In this document: positions 24,573 to 34,669 of the stretch, one piece after another | Layout of the letters: every line of letters starts with the position of its first letter | How positions within the stretch are numbered: position 1 is the first letter of the stretch | Virus record (IMG/VR): IMGVR_UViG_3300037358_000195 | Span: 1-38,359 of that record | Length of the DNA: 38,359 nt | Origin: a virus | Lineage: Duplodnaviria > Caudoviricetes | Direction: 5' to 3' (one strand) | Program-made: the position numbers and the translations under genes | The notes under the pieces: generated by a model | What the model saw: only the letters and a program-made list of their open reading frames with translations | Told to the model about the DNA's origin: nothing | Database searches by the model: none

Positions 24573-26960
24573 GTGGCCAGCAAGATCACTGTCTATAGCC
24601 TTCTTCCGAAAAAGCAGTTCACCGGGCCTGACGGCTCAGAGGCGGAAATGCCGGTGCTCGTCCAGGGCGACCAGGTCGATTTCGTCCTCAAGCCGCTCGA
24701 TGTCGATTCCACCGGCGCCGTCATCGACGGCACGCTTAACGTCCGGACGCTGACGGCCTCGATCGGGACTGTCCTCAATCCGCCGGCAAAAGGGCAGGCG
24801 GTGCTGGCATTCGCCGGCTCGCCCTCGAATCCCATCGCGGTCGGCATGACCGTTGACCAGGTCAAGTCGGCTATCTCAGCGATCAGCGGGATCCCGGCTG
24901 TGCAAGTGGTCCTGGCGCCGGCGGTGTGCTGCTGGCTGGTCAAATTCAATTCCGCGAGCGCGGTGGACCTGACGGTGGCGGCCAACACGCTCTTCCCGAC
25001 CAGCTTCGCCCGGTGGCGTGCCTACCAGGTCAACGGAGCATGGTGGCACGAGCTGCGGTTCATCGTCTCACCTGTCGCGTTCACGAGCACCTTTGACCGC
25101 GTCCTGGCTCCGGCGCCGAGCATCGCGGAAGTGCGTGTGGGCAGCGCGGGCGATGGTGAGACGATAGTCGACACGAACGAGGTACAATCGCTCACGGTAC
25201 CGGCGGCGTTCAACGGCACTTACTATCTTATTTGGAATTTCCAAAGCTCCCAGCTTATCGGCACTTCGGCCGCGCCGTCGGACATCGCGGCGGCGCTTAA
25301 CGGGATGTTCACCGATGGCGTGACGCGGTTTTCAGTGACGAATCCGGAAGCGCAGGTGGTCTATATCGAATTCGTCGGGCCGCTCTCGAGCGCGCCGCAA
25401 CCGCTCATCCAGGTATCGGTCAACAGCTTCGCGCCCGGCGATCTCAATTTCACCCTCGATCTCGATACCACTGGCGTGGCGGCCGCGCTGCGTGCTTCGC
25501 CGACGGCCGAGTTCACCTTCGAGGTTCGGGCCGAAGTTTGCGCGGACGGGACGGACGCTTCCGATCCCGACGTGCCGGCGGATCTGGTGACGCTCTTCCA
25601 GGTCCCGGTCACGATCGCGCGCGAGCAGGGTTATAGCGAACTGGAGACTGTCCCGGATATCGACTGGATCACGCCGCCGACGGCGCGGAGTTACGTCCCG
25701 TTCAATCCCGACCAGGTCATCACCGGCCAGCAATTCTACGTGTGCGCGATCGGGGACGGCGCAAGCCTTTCGTTCAACATCGCTCACGGCCTGGGGACGG
25801 ATGCCCTGCATTGCACGGTGCGCCAGAACATGACCGGCGGGATCCGAATCCCGGACAGCAGCTATACGCTCGAGTATCCGGACCTGAACTCGGTGAACAT
25901 CACCTTCCCGGGCGGAACGACTCCGCCGGCCGAGAACGCCCTGGGCGTCGTCATCAGCACCGCGGGGACCATAGCGGCGTTTGTCGAGGGGCTGATGGTG
26001 ACCATCGGCCAGGTCACCGGCCTCCAGGATGCGCTCGATGAGATCGGGGCGGCGATCAATTACATCGCCAGCCTGCTCCCGACGGGCGTCACGCCGGGCA
26101 TCAATGGGACCAGCTCGGGGAACACGGCGATGTTCACCATCCCGCCGCTGACGTTGCTTTACCCCGGGCACATCGTGGCATCGGCCTCGGGCGCGTCGAG
26201 CAGCGGCACTGGAGGCGCTCCCGCGGCTTCCTCGCTTTCGCGGCCGGCCGCGCTCCCTCCCGCCCAGGACGTCGCCGAAGTTACTTCGCTCACCGCGCTT
26301 CCTCTTGCCGATCCCACGGCCAATGCCGGCGTCGTCATCACGAATAACAACGGCGCCGCGATCCGGCTGCCGGGCGGCTACGGGCTCGATAGCGCGTGGC
26401 TGCCGGTAGCCGGCTATGCCGCGAGCGACGGGCGGCTCTGGTATCCGGTTTACAAGGCCGGAAGCACGGACACTTATTTCCCGACGGAGATGGACCAGGA
26501 GTTGTTCCTGCTCTTCGTGAATGAGCAGATGCTCTTGCCGGGCGATACGTTCACGCTCGAATTCGATCTTTCACTCGCCCTGCTCAATGCCTGCACGCGC
26601 GGGCAATACATGGTCGTGATCGAGGTCGGAGACGCCCCGAGCCAGACCGATCCGTCGCCGGCGGCCGAGAATCTCTACGCGATTACCTGGAACGCGACGC
26701 CTCTCCTTCAGCAGCGGGTTATCCTGACCAAGGATACGATCACGCATCACTTCGGCGCCAATATCACCAGGAGCGTCCTGAATATCCTGACCGCGAGCCA
26801 GAACCTCTACGGCACCTGGACCGGCGCCAACGCGGTTCCGGACAGCGCCAATTTCGCGATCCGCGCGAGGCTCGTCTGGTTCGACACAGAGAACGATGTG
26901 GTCGATCCAAGGGGCACCGTTTCCCTGAGCCTCGCGAACGCGACGGCGCAAATCACCTGA
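24573..26960 (+). CDS. Large tail/baseplate structural protein, 795 aa
   Basis: Beta-rich multi-domain ORF in the tail module (TNEVQSL, FNIAHGLGT patterns). Confidence 0.75.
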   Translation: MASKITVYSLLPKKQFTGPDGSEAEMPVLVQGDQVDFVLKPLDVDSTGAVIDGTLNVRTLTASIGTVLNPPAKGQAVLAFAGSPSNPIAVGMTVDQVKSAISAISGIPAVQVVLAPAVCCWLVKFNSASAVDLTVAANTLFPTSFARWRAYQVNGAWWHELRFIVSPVAFTSTFDRVLAPAPSIAEVRVGSAGDGETIVDTNEVQSLTVPAAFNGTYYLIWNFQSSQLIGTSAAPSDIAAALNGMFTDGVTRFSVTNPEAQVVYIEFVGPLSSAPQPLIQVSVNSFAPGDLNFTLDLDTTGVAAALRASPTAEFTFEVRAEVCADGTDASDPDVPADLVTLFQVPVTIAREQGYSELETVPDIDWITPPTARSYVPFNPDQVITGQQFYVCAIGDGASLSFNIAHGLGTDALHCTVRQNMTGGIRIPDSSYTLEYPDLNSVNITFPGGTTPPAENALGVVISTAGTIAAFVEGLMVTIGQVTGLQDALDEIGAAINYIASLLPTGVTPGINGTSSGNTAMFTIPPLTLLYPGHIVASASGASSSGTGGAPAASSLSRPAALPPAQDVAEVTSLTALPLADPTANAGVVITNNNGAAIRLPGGYGLDSAWLPVAGYAASDGRLWYPVYKAGSTDTYFPTEMDQELFLLFVNEQMLLPGDTFTLEFDLSLALLNACTRGQYMVVIEVGDAPSQTDPSPAAENLYAITWNATPLLQQRVILTKDTITHHFGANITRSVLNILTASQNLYGTWTGANAVPDSANFAIRARLVWFDTENDVVDPRGTVSLSLANATAQIT

Positions 26961-26963
26961 TAG

Positions 26964-28793
26964 ATGAGCGTCCCTGTCCTACAGACGCCGCTGACGCTTC
27001 CAGTGATTGATGCGGGGCTGCCGTTTTCGGCGGTCATCGCGGCGACGAATGATCCCACAAGCTTCGGCTTCACGCCGGCATCCGGGATTGCCGGATCGGT
27101 GGGCGCCTATGCAGGACGGCAGGAGGCGGACTTTACAGTTCTCACAGGCCCGCTGCCCGCTTCCCTGGGAGGAAGCGACAGCCCCGCGACTGTCACCCTG
27201 GGGACGATCACCGCGACGAATTCGGATGGCACGTCCGCGCCGGCCACGCTCACCGCGCAGGTACGCCCGATGGTGGCCACCAGCGGCTCCCCAGGATTGA
27301 GCGGCGATGGAACGGATTTCTGGATCACCGGGGGTGCCGGCAAGATCACGAATCCGCGGAGCAATCCCGATATCTTCCAGGGCCACGGCTGGGACGATAC
27401 CGATTTTTTCTTCGCGGTCCAGGGCGGCGACTCGAACATCTATTATGGATGGATCAATGCGGTAGCAGGCGTAGCCGGCGAAAATACTTACCTCAATCAT
27501 CGTTACTATGTGGTTTGGGCGACTAGCGCGCCGCCCGTCATCACCACGGGAACGGACTCGGCCGGGGCGAATAATACCTACGGCACTGTCATCGCGACCG
27601 GGACGCAGCTCACTCCTTGCATCGACGACACTGTTCCGGATTCTATTTCCGGACAGGTTGGCAATCCTATCGGCGCGATGCTTGTCGCCGCCGACCTCGG
27701 GGGAATGGTTGGCAATGAAGGGCGCACCTTCACCGGCACTGTGGCGGCCTCGGGTCTCCCGTCGGGCCTCTCGCTGAATGGCTCGAATCAGATTACCGGG
27801 ACGCTCACGGCTGCCGGCACGTTCTTCGCCACGATTTCGGCAACCCAGGGGGGAATTACCTATCCGCGCTATCTTGTCATCAATATCGCGAACGTCTCGC
27901 CGCCGGCTATCACAAGCGGATCGAGCGCGGCCGGGACGATAGGAGTCGCGTTCAATTACCAGATCACCGCGACCAATAGCCCAGCAAGTTACGCGGCCAC
28001 CGGGCTGCCATCGGGGCTGAGCGTCAACACTTCCACCGGCGCGATCAGCGGGACGCCAACGGCTGCCGGCGTTTCGAGTGTTACCATCAGCGCGACCAAT
28101 GCCGGAGGGACTGGAAGTGAGACGCTGAACATTACGGTTTCGCCGCCTGCACCGGTCGTCACGAGCGCATCGAGCGCGGCCGGGACAGCCGGAGTCGCGT
28201 TCAATTACAACATCACCGCGATCAACAGCCCGACAAGTTACGCGGCTACCGGGCTGCCCTCGGGATTGGGCGTCAACACGTCCACCGGGCTCATCAGCGG
28301 AACGCCTACGGCGATCGGAGTCTCGGAGGTAACGATTAGCGCGACGAACGCCCTGGGAACGGGCAGCGAGGAATTGACCCTGACAATTTACGACGTGCCG
28401 ACGGGCGCCCCTGTCATCCTTAGCGGTCCCTTCGCCGCGCTCGATGGGAACGCGCCGGTCCAGGCTATCCTCCTGGGAGGAGGTCCCGGCGTCCTGAATG
28501 CGAGCACGGTCCCGGCGCCGGCGAATGATCCGTCGCAACCGCCGTTGATCCTCTTCGGGCCGTATGACGATACGAGCAGCGCCGGCGTCGAGAGTATCAC
28601 GTTGGGAACGGAGATCGCGGAGCCGCCGTCGGGTTCCGGTACCGGCGGATCGGGAAGCGGCCTCGGGGGGGCGATCCTCGATCCCGACGGCTACTTCTAC
28701 GTGACGCCCTATCTGCGCTTCTCGCCAGGGAGTCCTCCCGAGGAGCAAACGCTCCAGGACGGCGAGTGGGTGACGGTGACAGCAATCTCCTAA
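26964..28793 (+). CDS. Tail appendage protein with putative Ig (He_PIG-like) domains
   Basis: Repeated GLPSGLSxNxSTGxISGTPT motifs; two near-identical domains at about 27900-28390. Confidence 0.82.
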   Translation: MSVPVLQTPLTLPVIDAGLPFSAVIAATNDPTSFGFTPASGIAGSVGAYAGRQEADFTVLTGPLPASLGGSDSPATVTLGTITATNSDGTSAPATLTAQVRPMVATSGSPGLSGDGTDFWITGGAGKITNPRSNPDIFQGHGWDDTDFFFAVQGGDSNIYYGWINAVAGVAGENTYLNHRYYVVWATSAPPVITTGTDSAGANNTYGTVIATGTQLTPCIDDTVPDSISGQVGNPIGAMLVAADLGGMVGNEGRTFTGTVAASGLPSGLSLNGSNQITGTLTAAGTFFATISATQGGITYPRYLVINIANVSPPAITSGSSAAGTIGVAFNYQITATNSPASYAATGLPSGLSVNTSTGAISGTPTAAGVSSVTISATNAGGTGSETLNITVSPPAPVVTSASSAAGTAGVAFNYNITAINSPTSYAATGLPSGLGVNTSTGLISGTPTAIGVSEVTISATNALGTGSEELTLTIYDVPTGAPVILSGPFAALDGNAPVQAILLGGGPGVLNASTVPAPANDPSQPPLILFGPYDDTSSAGVESITLGTEIAEPPSGSGTGGSGSGLGGAILDPDGYFYVTPYLRFSPGSPPEEQTLQDGEWVTVTAIS

Positions 28794-28795
28794 TC

Positions 28796-29878
28796 ATGCC
28801 GGATTTCCCGAACATCATGATCGCCGGGGTGCCGTTCACCTTCGAAATGGAGGCGACGAATAACCCGACCTCCTGGGCAGCCGATCATTTGCCGGCCGGT
28901 CTCGCGCTCAATGCGGCGACTGGAACGATCTCCGGCACGATCGCGGCGCCGGGCGTCTATTCGTTTCAACTGACGGCGACCAATGCGGCCGGATCCTCGG
29001 CGCCGATGTTCGTTTACCTCGAGGTGAGCGCTCCCGAGGCCACCGGCGGCGAGGACGCCGCCCTGGTCCCGGTGATCCTGGTAACGCCTGCCTATCCGTT
29101 TGGGAACGCGAGCGACACCGGCTGCATCGTGCTCACCGCGGCGGTCGCTGGAGCGGAGATCAATAATCAGTTCTACGCGAGCAATGAGCCGACGGCATGG
29201 ACTGCGAATAATCTCCCGGCCGGCCTGGCGCTCGCCGCCGGCACAGGGATTCTCTCCGGCACCGTCGCCGCGGCGGGGAACTATATCTTTGAGATCATCG
29301 CCTCGAACGAGGCTGGCAATTCCGTGCCGGTCCCCGTGGCCCTATCGGTCACCGCGGCTGCCGTCGCGGCCGCCTCCGGTCTGCAAACGGGCTGGCTGAC
29401 GAGCGACCTCTCCCTGACGGACCTCCAGTTCGACCTCCGGGGGCGCGGAGTCACCAGCTCGTATATGGTTTCCGGCGGCGGCGCCGCGCAGGGCGCGAGC
29501 CTGGCGTTCTTCCAGGGCGATACCTGCAAGCTGGCGATCCTTCTTCTCACTCCCGCCCAGGTCAACGACGCGACCACGATCTGGTTCGCGGCGTGTACGG
29601 ACGCGGATTCGCCTCCGATCATCAGCCAGTCGGTGGCGGGATCCGCGGCGCTGACGGCGGTCACCGGCGGCAATTATTACCTGATGACGCTTGACCTCGA
29701 TGCCCTTCCCATTGGGGATGCGCTCAACGCCCTTCCCGATCCGGGCGCCGGCCAGCCTGCCGTTCTCTCTCTTGTCTGCCAGCTCGCAGTTCTGCGCAAT
29801 GGCCAGACCGCGCGTAGCGCGCCCTTCCAAATCACCATCACTGAGCGTCTGGCGGATGCCGACCCGTCCGACCATTGA
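28796..29878 (+). CDS. Tail appendage protein with two He_PIG-like domains (start ATG 28796)
   Basis: LPAGLALNAATGTISGT and LPAGLALAAGTGILSGT. Confidence 0.82.
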   Translation: MPDFPNIMIAGVPFTFEMEATNNPTSWAADHLPAGLALNAATGTISGTIAAPGVYSFQLTATNAAGSSAPMFVYLEVSAPEATGGEDAALVPVILVTPAYPFGNASDTGCIVLTAAVAGAEINNQFYASNEPTAWTANNLPAGLALAAGTGILSGTVAAAGNYIFEIIASNEAGNSVPVPVALSVTAAAVAAASGLQTGWLTSDLSLTDLQFDLRGRGVTSSYMVSGGGAAQGASLAFFQGDTCKLAILLLTPAQVNDATTIWFAACTDADSPPIISQSVAGSAALTAVTGGNYYLMTLDLDALPIGDALNALPDPGAGQPAVLSLVCQLAVLRNGQTARSAPFQITITERLADADPSDH

Positions 29879-29903
29879 CACTCCGTTTCCCTCGTCCTGA
29901 CCG

Positions 29904-30719
29904 ATGCAAATCACCATCAATACCGACACCCTCGCCGCCACGCTTTCCGGGACGCCTATCCCGAAGGCCGGAGGGCTTTGTCCGCTGGAATTGTACTTCC
30001 AGGATGCCACGGGCGCCCCGGTTTCGCTCGCGGACGGTTTCCTGATCGAATATGGCATGCGGCTGGCAGCGGCGCCGTCGAGCGGGATCCTCGCCTATAC
30101 CGATGAATTCTCGGGCGCGGCCGGGAACTCCTATGCCGGGTTCGTCGATCTGAACGATACGCGGCTGATGGGCGCGATTGCCGGCAACGTCCAGATCTCG
30201 ATCAAGGCAGAGGTAGCCTGGACGGTTAATGGGCAGCGATTCGTTTCCAGCGACATCCCCTACTTCGTCCAGCCGCCGATCATCGGACCTGGAGCATCGA
30301 CCTCGGGCGGCCCAAGTTACCCGACAACCACGCAGCTCAATGCAGCGATCGCCGCAGCAATCGACGCGCTGGCCTGGTCGGAGCCATACCTCGCCTTGAG
30401 CGCGGCCGGCACAACGATCCTAGAGGCGGACGGCCCGTGGCTGAACGGCCGGTTCCCGTTGACCATCGAGGCCGGCTCAGGGGCGTTCGTGGCGAATATC
30501 ACCCTCAGCCCGACGAACGCCATGGCCGGTGCGCTATTGAGAATCCCGATTGATTTTGCGGCCTCGGTCAACGGAACGGTGAATATCTATGACGGGAGTG
30601 TCGAGGGGACGCTGATTCAGACCATCACTAACATTGATGCCAACGTCCGGAGCATTCTCTTTCTCGGCGGGTTCGACGGCGCCCATTGGAAAAAGGAGAC
30701 AGCGGATTGGGTGGAATAG
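29904..30719 (+). CDS. Tail fibre / baseplate-upper-like protein
   Basis: BppU-like beta N-terminal domain, YPTTTQLNAAI linker, beta C-terminal domain. Confidence 0.6.
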   Translation: MQITINTDTLAATLSGTPIPKAGGLCPLELYFQDATGAPVSLADGFLIEYGMRLAAAPSSGILAYTDEFSGAAGNSYAGFVDLNDTRLMGAIAGNVQISIKAEVAWTVNGQRFVSSDIPYFVQPPIIGPGASTSGGPSYPTTTQLNAAIAAAIDALAWSEPYLALSAAGTTILEADGPWLNGRFPLTIEAGSGAFVANITLSPTNAMAGALLRIPIDFAASVNGTVNIYDGSVEGTLIQTITNIDANVRSILFLGGFDGAHWKKETADWVE

Positions 30720-30748
30720 TCAAAAGCGTGGAAGCCCTGGGTAGGCGC

Positions 30749-31855
30749 ATGAATCGGCCGGGCATCGAGGAGCGCCTGGACCGCGTCCGCGCGATGTTGC
30801 TCGAAGGGCGAACCATTCGCGAGATCAGGAACATCACGGCGACATCCCCAGGAATGGTCACAAAGATTCGCCGGACGTTGGGCGAAATCCGTTGCGGGTG
30901 TGGTAGAAGCGCGACGCATCCCGGGACCTGTACGTTCCGGACGAGCAAGAACCGTATCCGGGACACGGGGGACCTGGCTGTCGATCTTGCCTCGGCGACT
31001 CCGCGATGCAGGCGATTTCTCGCGAAGCGCCCGGAATTGAAGGCAGCTATCGAGCACATCCAGGATGTCTATCCGGCAAACTCGCCTCAGCGGGCGATCC
31101 TGGCGAGATTCCTCAACATAGGATTCCTCAGTCGGCGCGACTGCGAAGCCGTCCTGGATGGCCACGCCGTAGCGAGAATCCGCGCGGAAGAAATCGCCGC
31201 TGGCATTGGCAAGCAATACGCCGGCGCTGTGGGATTTCGGCTCTACAACCTGAAGCTGAAGGTAATTGATTTCGTGGAAACGAAGCGGCGCCCGTCGGGC
31301 ATTGTATCATTCATCGCGCGCCTGGTGGATGAAGGCGGCAACCTCTTTCAATGGAACGGCTGCCGGAAAATTTGTCCGGCCGCTGGCACGAGTTACCTGC
31401 TCGACGGGACCGTAATGGCGCACGAGGAATGCCTCGGGCAGAGAGTGACTGTCCTTACCAAGTGCCAGCCGTCCACGGATACTGTCGCCATCGAGCGCGA
31501 GATCACGGACCCCGATCATTTGCTGATGCAGCGGATAAGTCGCGGCGGTGCCGAGGCCTTCCGCGCGCTTCTGCGGAAATACCAGGGCCTCGCGATCCAT
31601 ATCGCCCTCGGCATCCTTCATTGCCACGCCGACGCCGAGGACGCCGCGCAAAGGGTGTTCGTTAAAATCTGGAACCTCGCCGCGGCTGGTAAATATCACT
31701 ATCAAGGCAAGTTCACTTCCTGGCTCGCGGTGATTACGAGATTCGAGGCTCTTCACGAACTGCGGCGCCGCAGGTCTGAACCGACGGTCTCGATGGAACT
31801 CTGCATGGAGGATTCGAATTGGGAACCCCGCGCGGAAGAAGCCGACGTCGAGTAA
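30749..31855 (+). CDS. Multi-domain regulator: N-terminal HTH, Cys/His cluster, central beta domain, C-terminal ECF sigma-70 region 2 with no region 4 after it
   Basis: LLEGRTIREIRNITATSPGMVTKIRR (HTH); CGCGRSATHPGTC; DHLLMQRISRGGAEAFRALLRKY...DAEDAAQRVFVKIW...FTSWLAVITRFEALHELRRR (ECF sigma2); stop about 28 codons later. Confidence 0.72.
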   Translation: MNRPGIEERLDRVRAMLLEGRTIREIRNITATSPGMVTKIRRTLGEIRCGCGRSATHPGTCTFRTSKNRIRDTGDLAVDLASATPRCRRFLAKRPELKAAIEHIQDVYPANSPQRAILARFLNIGFLSRRDCEAVLDGHAVARIRAEEIAAGIGKQYAGAVGFRLYNLKLKVIDFVETKRRPSGIVSFIARLVDEGGNLFQWNGCRKICPAAGTSYLLDGTVMAHEECLGQRVTVLTKCQPSTDTVAIEREITDPDHLLMQRISRGGAEAFRALLRKYQGLAIHIALGILHCHADAEDAAQRVFVKIWNLAAAGKYHYQGKFTSWLAVITRFEALHELRRRRSEPTVSMELCMEDSNWEPRAEEADVE

Positions 31856-31872
31856 CGGTTCGCAGCTTAATT

Positions 31873-32484
31873 ATGAAACTACCTCTCTTCGCCTTGATAT
31901 GCGTCTGCGCCGTCTCTGCCGCCCTGGCCGGCCAATGGTACACGCAACAAGTCTTCTTCGCTACCGGGACCGGCGACGCGCCGCTGGTTGGGTATTCCCA
32001 ATCCGGCGCGTCCGCCGGCATGTTCGACCAGGACACGCATTTCAATTCTCCCGCGGTTACGATCGCGCGCAGCGGCACGGCCGGCGGCGAGATCGCGACC
32101 TCCCCGACAGTGCTTGTGCAGTCGTCCCTGGAGACAACGTCCACGACGCCGGTGATGCAGGTTGGAGGATGCCTTGCGCTTTCCGGAGACAATTGGCTGA
32201 TCACCTGGGGCGACGGCGCATTATCTCTTCCCGGCGGCTTCCTGGACAATACCGGGAAGGTTCATGGTCATATCTCGGTTGATCCAGTCCATCGCCAGCT
32301 CGTTGCCGAGGATGGCGTCACGCCGGTACTCACCTGGACCGGATCAACAGTGCAGCTTTCCTCGGTCACGTTGAATCCTGGTACCGCTCCCGGATCGCCG
32401 GCAGCCGGCCAAATCTATTTTGACTCGGGCTCTCATCACTTCATGGGCTGGAACGGATCAGCCTGGAAACAACTCGATAACTAG
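31873..32484 (+). CDS. Signal-peptide-bearing, tail-fibre-like protein (start ATG 31873)
   Basis: MKLPLFALICVCAVSAALA signal; C-terminal PAAGQIYFDSGSHHFMGWNGSAW motif typical of phage fibre proteins. Confidence 0.7.
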   Translation: MKLPLFALICVCAVSAALAGQWYTQQVFFATGTGDAPLVGYSQSGASAGMFDQDTHFNSPAVTIARSGTAGGEIATSPTVLVQSSLETTSTTPVMQVGGCLALSGDNWLITWGDGALSLPGGFLDNTGKVHGHISVDPVHRQLVAEDGVTPVLTWTGSTVQLSSVTLNPGTAPGSPAAGQIYFDSGSHHFMGWNGSAWKQLDN

Positions 32485-32486
32485 CT

Positions 32487-33548
32487 ATGCAAAAAACAAA
32501 ACACCTATTGGCCGCCGCGATCCTTAGCCTGGTCGCGTTCGCGGGTAACTCCCAGGCTCAAGTTGCGTCGCCGACGCCGGACCCGCGCACAGGCACTTAC
32601 AACGATCCCAAGCTCTCGATCCCGCAGCGGCTCCATTTGGCGGATGCCATTCTCACAAGTGGCACCGATGAGCCGTCGAAAAGGTACGCGCTGCTCTTCA
32701 TGCTGAAAGCGCGTCCGGTCATTAACCTTTTGAATGCCTTCCCGAATCTCGATAGCCAGGTTCTCGCCGATCCAACGCTCTCCGGGCTTGTGATCGATGC
32801 CAACGAAATCGGCGGACTCTATTGGGAGGCGGTCAATTTCAAGGTCGATGCGACGCCGGTGCCGGCGGACAAGATCACTTACCTTTCCCCGTTGCTCAGC
32901 TCGACGTTGTTTACCTGGACGCAGGTCGCCGCCGCGAAGAGCAAATACTCGGACCTGGTTGTGCAGCAGGCGCGAGCGCAGTTTACCGCAGGCGATTTTG
33001 CCGGCGCGATCTCGACCGCGGCTCCGGTGATCGGTTACCACCTGGGCATGTGGGGCGACGGCGCGGTGGCGATCACGTTGGAGTCGAAGGAGGCGCTGCG
33101 GTCTCCGGATGTTCTGTCCTGGGCGAAACTCGTTTACGAAATGCACAGCTTTCAGCACACGCAAGCCGGTATCGACGCCGTGAGTTCCGCATTCCGATCT
33201 CTCGATATGAACCTGGTGCGCGCGAATGCCTTCATCCAGTGTCAGAAGGACGGCCAGGGAACGAATCCGCTGGCGGCCGTGCCGCTTCCGCAGGTTACTT
33301 TTATTGGCGGTTCGCCATGGGTGACCGCCCTCAACGATGGCGTCGCAGGCAATAACCTGGACGCTCTGAAGACCGCAGCCCGGCTTTTTGCGACAGCTCC
33401 GTCCGGACCACAGCTCAACAACGCGACCGCCTTCGTTGCCCAGTGGCTCAGGAACATCGACGGGAACCTGGTGCGGGCGAACGCCTTCGTGAGCGCACAG
33501 AGCCAGGGCAAGCCCTTCACCATCGCTGAATTGCAGACCGCCAACTGA
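32487..33548 (+). CDS. Exported helical protein with an internal duplicated motif
   Basis: Signal MQKTKHLLAAAILSLVAFAGNSQA; FRSLDMNLVRANAFI and LRNIDGNLVRANAFV. Confidence 0.75.
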   Translation: MQKTKHLLAAAILSLVAFAGNSQAQVASPTPDPRTGTYNDPKLSIPQRLHLADAILTSGTDEPSKRYALLFMLKARPVINLLNAFPNLDSQVLADPTLSGLVIDANEIGGLYWEAVNFKVDATPVPADKITYLSPLLSSTLFTWTQVAAAKSKYSDLVVQQARAQFTAGDFAGAISTAAPVIGYHLGMWGDGAVAITLESKEALRSPDVLSWAKLVYEMHSFQHTQAGIDAVSSAFRSLDMNLVRANAFIQCQKDGQGTNPLAAVPLPQVTFIGGSPWVTALNDGVAGNNLDALKTAARLFATAPSGPQLNNATAFVAQWLRNIDGNLVRANAFVSAQSQGKPFTIAELQTAN

Positions 33549-34141
33549 TGAAGCGGGCGGTCATTTTGGCTCTCCTGGTGGCGTCATCCGTCGCAATGGC
33601 GGATGACGCCGACGTGGACCAGACGCCGGTTACGGTAATTACGCCTGCGCAGACGACTTGGACGCTTTCGCCGATCTCCGCGGGGCTGGTCGCCGCGCTT
33701 GCGGCACCGGCGCCGAGTCCGGCCCGGATCGAGGCTGCGGTCGCGCAGCTCACGCCCGCGCAGATCGCGAGTGTCTTAGCCGCGGTCGCCGCCAAGCCGG
33801 CATCCTTGTCCGCGCTCGTTGCGCAGCTCAATCCTGGCCAGATCGCCCGGGTGGTCGCGGCGCTGCAGGGCAACCCGGCCGCGATATCCGCCCTGGTCGC
33901 CCAATTGGATCCCGCCAAGCTGAACCAGGTGAGCATCGCGATGTTCCTCGCCGACGTGGACGGCTGGCAGCGCGTTGGGTCATTTCTGAATCCGTCGCCG
34001 GCTGCGCCGCCCAAGAAATTCGGAGGCAACTGGCTCGATGCCGGGCGAGCCAGGATTCAGAAGGAAATCGACCGGGACGGCTACACTCCTGAACATCTCT
34101 CCGAAGCTATCTCGCTGATGCAAAAGGCGTCCGGGCAATAG
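33548..34141 (+). CDS. Exported Ala-rich repeat protein
   Basis: Signal MKRAVILALLVASSVAMA; three repeats of about 25 aa (AxVAQLxPxQI). Confidence 0.75.
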   Translation: MKRAVILALLVASSVAMADDADVDQTPVTVITPAQTTWTLSPISAGLVAALAAPAPSPARIEAAVAQLTPAQIASVLAAVAAKPASLSALVAQLNPGQIARVVAALQGNPAAISALVAQLDPAKLNQVSIAMFLADVDGWQRVGSFLNPSPAAPPKKFGGNWLDAGRARIQKEIDRDGYTPEHLSEAISLMQKASGQ

Positions 34142-34174
34142 GGGCGTGCGCATCGTTGACAACCTCATGGAGGC

Positions 34175-34669
34175 GTGACCACCTCATCGAATCAACCCAC
34201 GGCGAGCGCCGCCATTGTAGCCGCAGGGGGAGCTGTCGTGGCATCCGTGAACATCGACACGCTCATCACGCGCGTCGCCGGCCTGGTCGGTATCACCGCC
34301 GGCGTCCTGGTCATTTACAGCCATCTCCTCGATGCGCATGCTCCCCCTCAAATTCGCGCCGCCGTCGACGTGTTCCTCAAGAACGCGCTCCCCTGGTTAA
34401 AGGGGCTCGCCGCCGCATTCATCGGCGGCGCGATCGTGACGATCTACAACGCAGTCTCCGACCCCGCCACTTACAATTGGAGCACGGGGCTTCCCAAGCT
34501 CTGGCACAGCGCGTGGACGGCCGGCCTTGTCGCCTGCTTCTTCTATTTCATGCGGAGCCCGTTCGTGAAGCAGTTCATGCCGGCGGCGCAAAATACTCCG
34601 GTTGATTCACCGTCAGGCGTTCCAATTCCTGGAGTCAATGCGCCGGTTGCCAGTTCTTCAAAGCCATGA
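34175..34669 (+). CDS. Holin-like multi-pass membrane protein
   Basis: 3-4 hydrophobic segments; first gene of the putative lysis block. Confidence 0.6.
   Translation: MTTSSNQPTASAAIVAAGGAVVASVNIDTLITRVAGLVGITAGVLVIYSHLLDAHAPPQIRAAVDVFLKNALPWLKGLAAAFIGGAIVTIYNAVSDPATYNWSTGLPKLWHSAWTAGLVACFFYFMRSPFVKQFMPAAQNTPVDSPSGVPIPGVNAPVASSSKP

Noticed and set aside
27900-28390. Possible diversity-generating retroelement TR/VR pair
   Set aside because: No reverse transcriptase in the window; both copies lie in frame within one gene, and the differences are not adenine-specific
26979-28748. 589-aa Arg-rich minus-strand ORF
   Set aside because: Shadow of the Ig-domain gene
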